A stretch of DNA of 47,261 bases from an uncultured bacterium. GTDB lineage: Bacteria; Pseudomonadota; Gammaproteobacteria; GCA-001735895. Shown piece by piece: positions 44,456 through 47,261 of this stretch. The notes under the pieces were generated by a model. That model was not told where the DNA came from. It was given only the letters and a program-made list of their open reading frames with translations, and did not search any database. Positions within the stretch are counted from its first letter, which is position 1; each line of letters opens with the position of its first letter. Location: positions 1 through 47,261 of the forward strand of contig CBDUSZ010000002.1 of NCBI GenBank assembly GCA_965370015.1, read 5' to 3'. A program made the position numbers and the translations under genes.

Positions 44456-45835
44456 ATGCCAATGGATGCAAGTATGATTAGCGAATCCTCACCTACAAGC
44501 TGGCGCAAATTTCCAATACAGCAGCAACCAACCTACCCCGACCAGCAGCGATTAAAGCAGGTAGAACAAAAACTCGGCGGTTTGCCGCCGCTGGTTTTCG
44601 CTCAGGAGATTCGTGACCTGAAGCATAGCCTCGCCGAAGTTTCTGCTGGCCGAGGGTTTTTGTTGCAAGCGGGTGACTGCGCCGAATCGTTCGCAGAATT
44701 TAATGCCAACAAAATACGGGATACCTTTAAGGTATTGCTACAAATGGCCGTGGTATTGACCTTTGGCGGTCGCAGGCCTGTTACCAAGCTTGCCCGTACG
44801 GCGGGACAATTTGCCAAACCGCGTTCTTCTGATATGGAAGAAATCGATGGCATCACTCTACCGAGCTATCGCGGCGATATTATCAATAGCGTCGAATTTA
44901 ATGCGAGTGCACGAACCCCTGACCCCGGGCGTATGCTGGAAGCCTACCACCAGAGCGCTTCAACATTGAACCTGTTGCGCGCCTTTGCACAGGGAGGTCT
45001 GGCGGATCTGCATCAGGTTCACCGTTGGAACTTGAGTTTCGTAGAAGCCAGTCCGGCCAAACAACGTTATCTGAAGATGTCGGAACGCATCGAGGATGCA
45101 CTGAAGTTTATGGAAGTTTGCGGCATTACCTCAGAGACCGCACCATCAATACGAGAAACTCAGTTATTTACCTCGCACGAAGCATTATTACTCAACTATG
45201 AAGAAGCGCTGTCGAGAATCGACTCATTTACCGGTAAGCGCTACAACTGCTCGGCACATTTTGTCTGGATCGGTGAGCGTACACGTCAACTCGACCATGC
45301 CCATGTTGAATTCTCCAAACACATTGAAAACCCAATAGGGGTTAAAATTGGTCCTTCGATTGATAAAGACGAATTAATACGCTTAATTGACGCACTCAAC
45401 CCGGATAACGAATCGGGACGATTAACTCTGATCACGCGCATGGGCGCCGATAAACTCGCCGAGACTCTGCCGGGTTTAATTCGTGTAGTACAAAGCGAAG
45501 GGCGTAATGTAGTCTGGTCATCTGACCCGATGCATGGCAATACGGTAAAAGCCAGCAGTGGATACAAAACCCGTAAATTTGAAGACATCATGCGCGAACT
45601 AGGTCAGTTCTTCTCAGTACATCAGGCAGAGGGCAGTTATCCGGGTGGCATCCACCTCGAAATGACCGGCGAACATGTGACCGAGTGTACCGGGGGAGCC
45701 TATCAAATTTCCGATGCCGACCTTGGCACACGTTACCTGACACGCTGCGACCCCAGACTAAATGCAGACCAGGTATTAGAACTTGCTTACCTAATGGCCG
45801 ATTCCTTAAAAGAGGCTAAAGTCGCTCTCGAATGA
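44456..45835 (+). CDS. 3-deoxy-7-phosphoheptulonate (DAHP) synthase, class II (plant-like type)
   Basis: 459-aa ORF. WR…PxQQQPxYPD start, [11 protein letters not shown], and a length of ~450 aa are characteristic of class II DAHPS. The exact start is ambiguous (44456, 44462 or 44474). Confidence 0.9.
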   Translation: MPMDASMISESSPTSWRKFPIQQQPTYPDQQRLKQVEQKLGGLPPLVFAQEIRDLKHSLAEVSAGRGFLLQAGDCAESFAEFNANKIRDTFKVLLQMAVVLTFGGRRPVTKLARTAGQFAKPRSSDMEEIDGITLPSYRGDIINSVEFNASARTPDPGRMLEAYHQSASTLNLLRAFAQGGLADLHQVHRWNLSFVEASPAKQRYLKMSERIEDALKFMEVCGITSETAPSIRETQLFTSHEALLLNYEEALSRIDSFTGKRYNCSAHFVWIGERTRQLDHAHVEFSKHIENPIGVKIGPSIDKDELIRLIDALNPDNESGRLTLITRMGADKLAETLPGLIRVVQSEGRNVVWSSDPMHGNTVKASSGYKTRKFEDIMRELGQFFSVHQAEGSYPGGIHLEMTGEHVTECTGGAYQISDADLGTRYLTRCDPRLNADQVLELAYLMADSLKEAKVALE

Positions 45836-45932
45836 GCTGATTTAGGCTGCAGTCGGTCGAATTCATGCTAAACGCGACTGACTCTCGATATTCAGTTATT
45901 TTAATACAGTTAATTTCTTGAAGGCAATATTT

Positions 45933-46859
45933 ATGACCCAGGCAACAGATTCCGGCAGCAAACTACAGCAGGTATTAAAGGCTGGTCAGTTTGCGATGAC
46001 GGCCGAAACCTCACCGCCCGATGCCGCTTCGGCCGAAGCGGTACTTAGTCGGGTGCGTTGCCTGAAAGGTATCGCCGATGCCGTCAACGTCACCGACGGC
46101 GCGAGCGCGCGCGTGCATATGTCAGCCCTGGCTGCAGCGGCCATCATGGCACGCGAAGGTATCGCCCCGGTATTACAATTAACCACACGTGACCGAAATC
46201 GACTTGCCCTGCAAGGCGATGTTATCGGCGCGGCAGCGCTCGGTATTCATAATTTCCTCTGCCTCACCGGTGACAAGATGTCGGCCGGAGATCAGCCCGA
46301 TGCTGCCGAGGTATTCGAAATTGACAGTGGTGCATTGATGCGTCAAATGCGCGATATGCGCGATCTGGGTACCTACCCATCAGGCAGGGAAATCAATCCG
46401 CCGCCTGCCCTGTTCCTCGGTGCTGCCGAGGTGCCGAGCGACCCCGATACCGACTGGTCGCCAGCACGAATTCTGGCAAAAATTAGCAATGGTGCGCAGT
46501 TTTTCCAGACCCAGTACTGCTTCGATCTGGGTATCGCGGAGCGATACTGCCACCGCCTGGTAGAAGAAGGCATCACTGAAAAGGCTCACTTTTTGATTGG
46601 CGTCGGCCCTTTGGCATCGGCCAAATCGGCGCGCTGGATGGATGCAAATCTGTACGGGGTCGACATACCCGAGACAATTATCAAACGCCTGGAAGGTGCA
46701 GATGATGAAAAAGCCGAAGGTCGCGCAATTTGTGCTGAACTGCTACAGGGCCTTGCTGAGATCAACGGCTGCGCTGGTGCACATTTGATGGCCCCGCATC
46801 AGGAGGCCGCTTGCGCCCAGGTGATCGAGGAATCGGGCCTGCTTAAACAGCGGACTTAA
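45933..46859 (+). CDS. metF: Methylenetetrahydrofolate reductase-family protein (MetF-like)
   Basis: The fold signature of the MTHFR family is present (…FAMTAETSPP…AVNVTDGASARVHMS…LQLTTRDRNRLALQGD…LCLTGD…FFQTQYCFD). I prefer the ATG at 45933 (308 aa) to the TTG at 45918. Confidence 0.72.
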   Translation: MTQATDSGSKLQQVLKAGQFAMTAETSPPDAASAEAVLSRVRCLKGIADAVNVTDGASARVHMSALAAAAIMAREGIAPVLQLTTRDRNRLALQGDVIGAAALGIHNFLCLTGDKMSAGDQPDAAEVFEIDSGALMRQMRDMRDLGTYPSGREINPPPALFLGAAEVPSDPDTDWSPARILAKISNGAQFFQTQYCFDLGIAERYCHRLVEEGITEKAHFLIGVGPLASAKSARWMDANLYGVDIPETIIKRLEGADDEKAEGRAICAELLQGLAEINGCAGAHLMAPHQEAACAQVIEESGLLKQRT

Positions 46860-47032
46860 GCATTCGCTAAACCAGGCTAATCCAACCGATTACATCGGCC
46901 GAACGACTGCAACAGGTGTACCTTACAGCGATACTGCAACTTCAAAAAATTCGGTCAATAATGAACTATTTTTTAATCCCCATGAATTGAGATTAATACG
47001 GTTGTGTTCACTGATGACCAGCAGATCGAATA

Positions 47033-47261
47033 ATGGTTAACTGGATCGATAACAATGAGCTACTCATCTGGTGGCTGATATTCAGTTCAGTGATTATTTT
47101 CGTAGTAACCCTGTTCCTGGCGCCATTCATATTGGCAGGTTTGCCGGTTGATTATTTTTCGAGCTCGTCCAGGCACCGCAGATACCGCTCAGAGCGACAC
47201 CCGCTGTTACGAGTATTGTTGTTTAGTTTGAAAAATTGCGCTGGCTTACTACTGCTAATTG
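47033..47261 (+). CDS. 5' part of a hypothetical membrane protein running out of the window
   Basis: Hand-translated open frame from ATG 47033 to the window end (MVNWIDNNELLIWWLIFSSVIIFVVTLFLAPFILAGLPVDYF…RHPLLRVLLFSLKNCAGLLLLI). It has two hydrophobic segments and no clear SD. Confidence 0.3.
   Translation, partial: MVNWIDNNELLIWWLIFSSVIIFVVTLFLAPFILAGLPVDYFSSSSRHRRYRSERHPLLRVLLFSLKNCAGLLLLI

Noticed and set aside
45836-45932. SAM, THF or other riboswitch upstream of the MetF-like gene
   Set aside because: Only ~95 nt are available. I see a single 6-bp hairpin (CAGTCG…CGACTG) and none of the conserved cores I can recall for SAM-II, SAM-V or THF elements.
1-47261. CRISPR arrays, tRNA or rRNA genes, integrases, transposases, prophage or toxin-antitoxin modules, and defence-island signatures
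   Set aside because: Scanning both strands showed no regularly spaced repeats and no tRNA-like T-arm or acceptor patterns outside coding sequence. No ORF has recombinase, transposase or phage-structural motifs. Nearly all ORFs have ordinary metabolic or housekeeping assignments.

Overview
The window reads as an ordinary chromosomal stretch of a (probably marine) gammaproteobacterium. That placement is an inference from close resemblance to E. coli-type PpnN, ArgO and YnfA and from the nnr-tsaE-amidase gene order. About 45 protein-coding genes are packed on both strands. I found no rRNA, tRNA, CRISPR array, integrase, transposase or phage gene, and no clear defence island.

Gene content, in order:
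- betaine/choline-type ABC importer (SBP-permease-ATPase)
- SDR and FAD oxidoreductases
- rhomboid protease with a long soluble tail
- YnfA
- membrane sensor Ser/Thr kinase
- degraded lipoprotein gene
- cspA with a long leader
- LysR regulator with a divergent DUF1127 gene
- NudC
- family III CoA-transferase
- CobS/CobT-like AAA+/VWA pair
- PpnN
- frameshifted MOSC gene
- EamA transporter
- AcuI/YhdH
- DUF4197 protein
- alpha/beta hydrolase
- PlsB-like acyltransferase
- amidase-tsaE-nnr cluster
- MFS transporter
- ArgO
- a second SDR
- three-subunit molybdopterin oxidoreductase without export signals (SoeABC-like sulfite dehydrogenase architecture)
- Liv-type ABC transporter with a convergent binding protein
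- class II DAHP synthase
- MetF-like reductase

Signals worth a second look:
1. A roughly 420-bp nested inverted-repeat element with an RNA-like multi-stem core at 33.45-33.87 kb. It is the largest structure not explained by genes.
2. The CobS/CobT-like pair with no cobN in view, flanked by nucleotide-hydrolysing enzymes.
3. The orphan sensor kinase and the decayed, AT-rich, gene-poor segment that follows it.
4. Several candidate regulatory repeats.

All family assignments rest on motif and architecture recognition by eye. No database search or folding computation was run.
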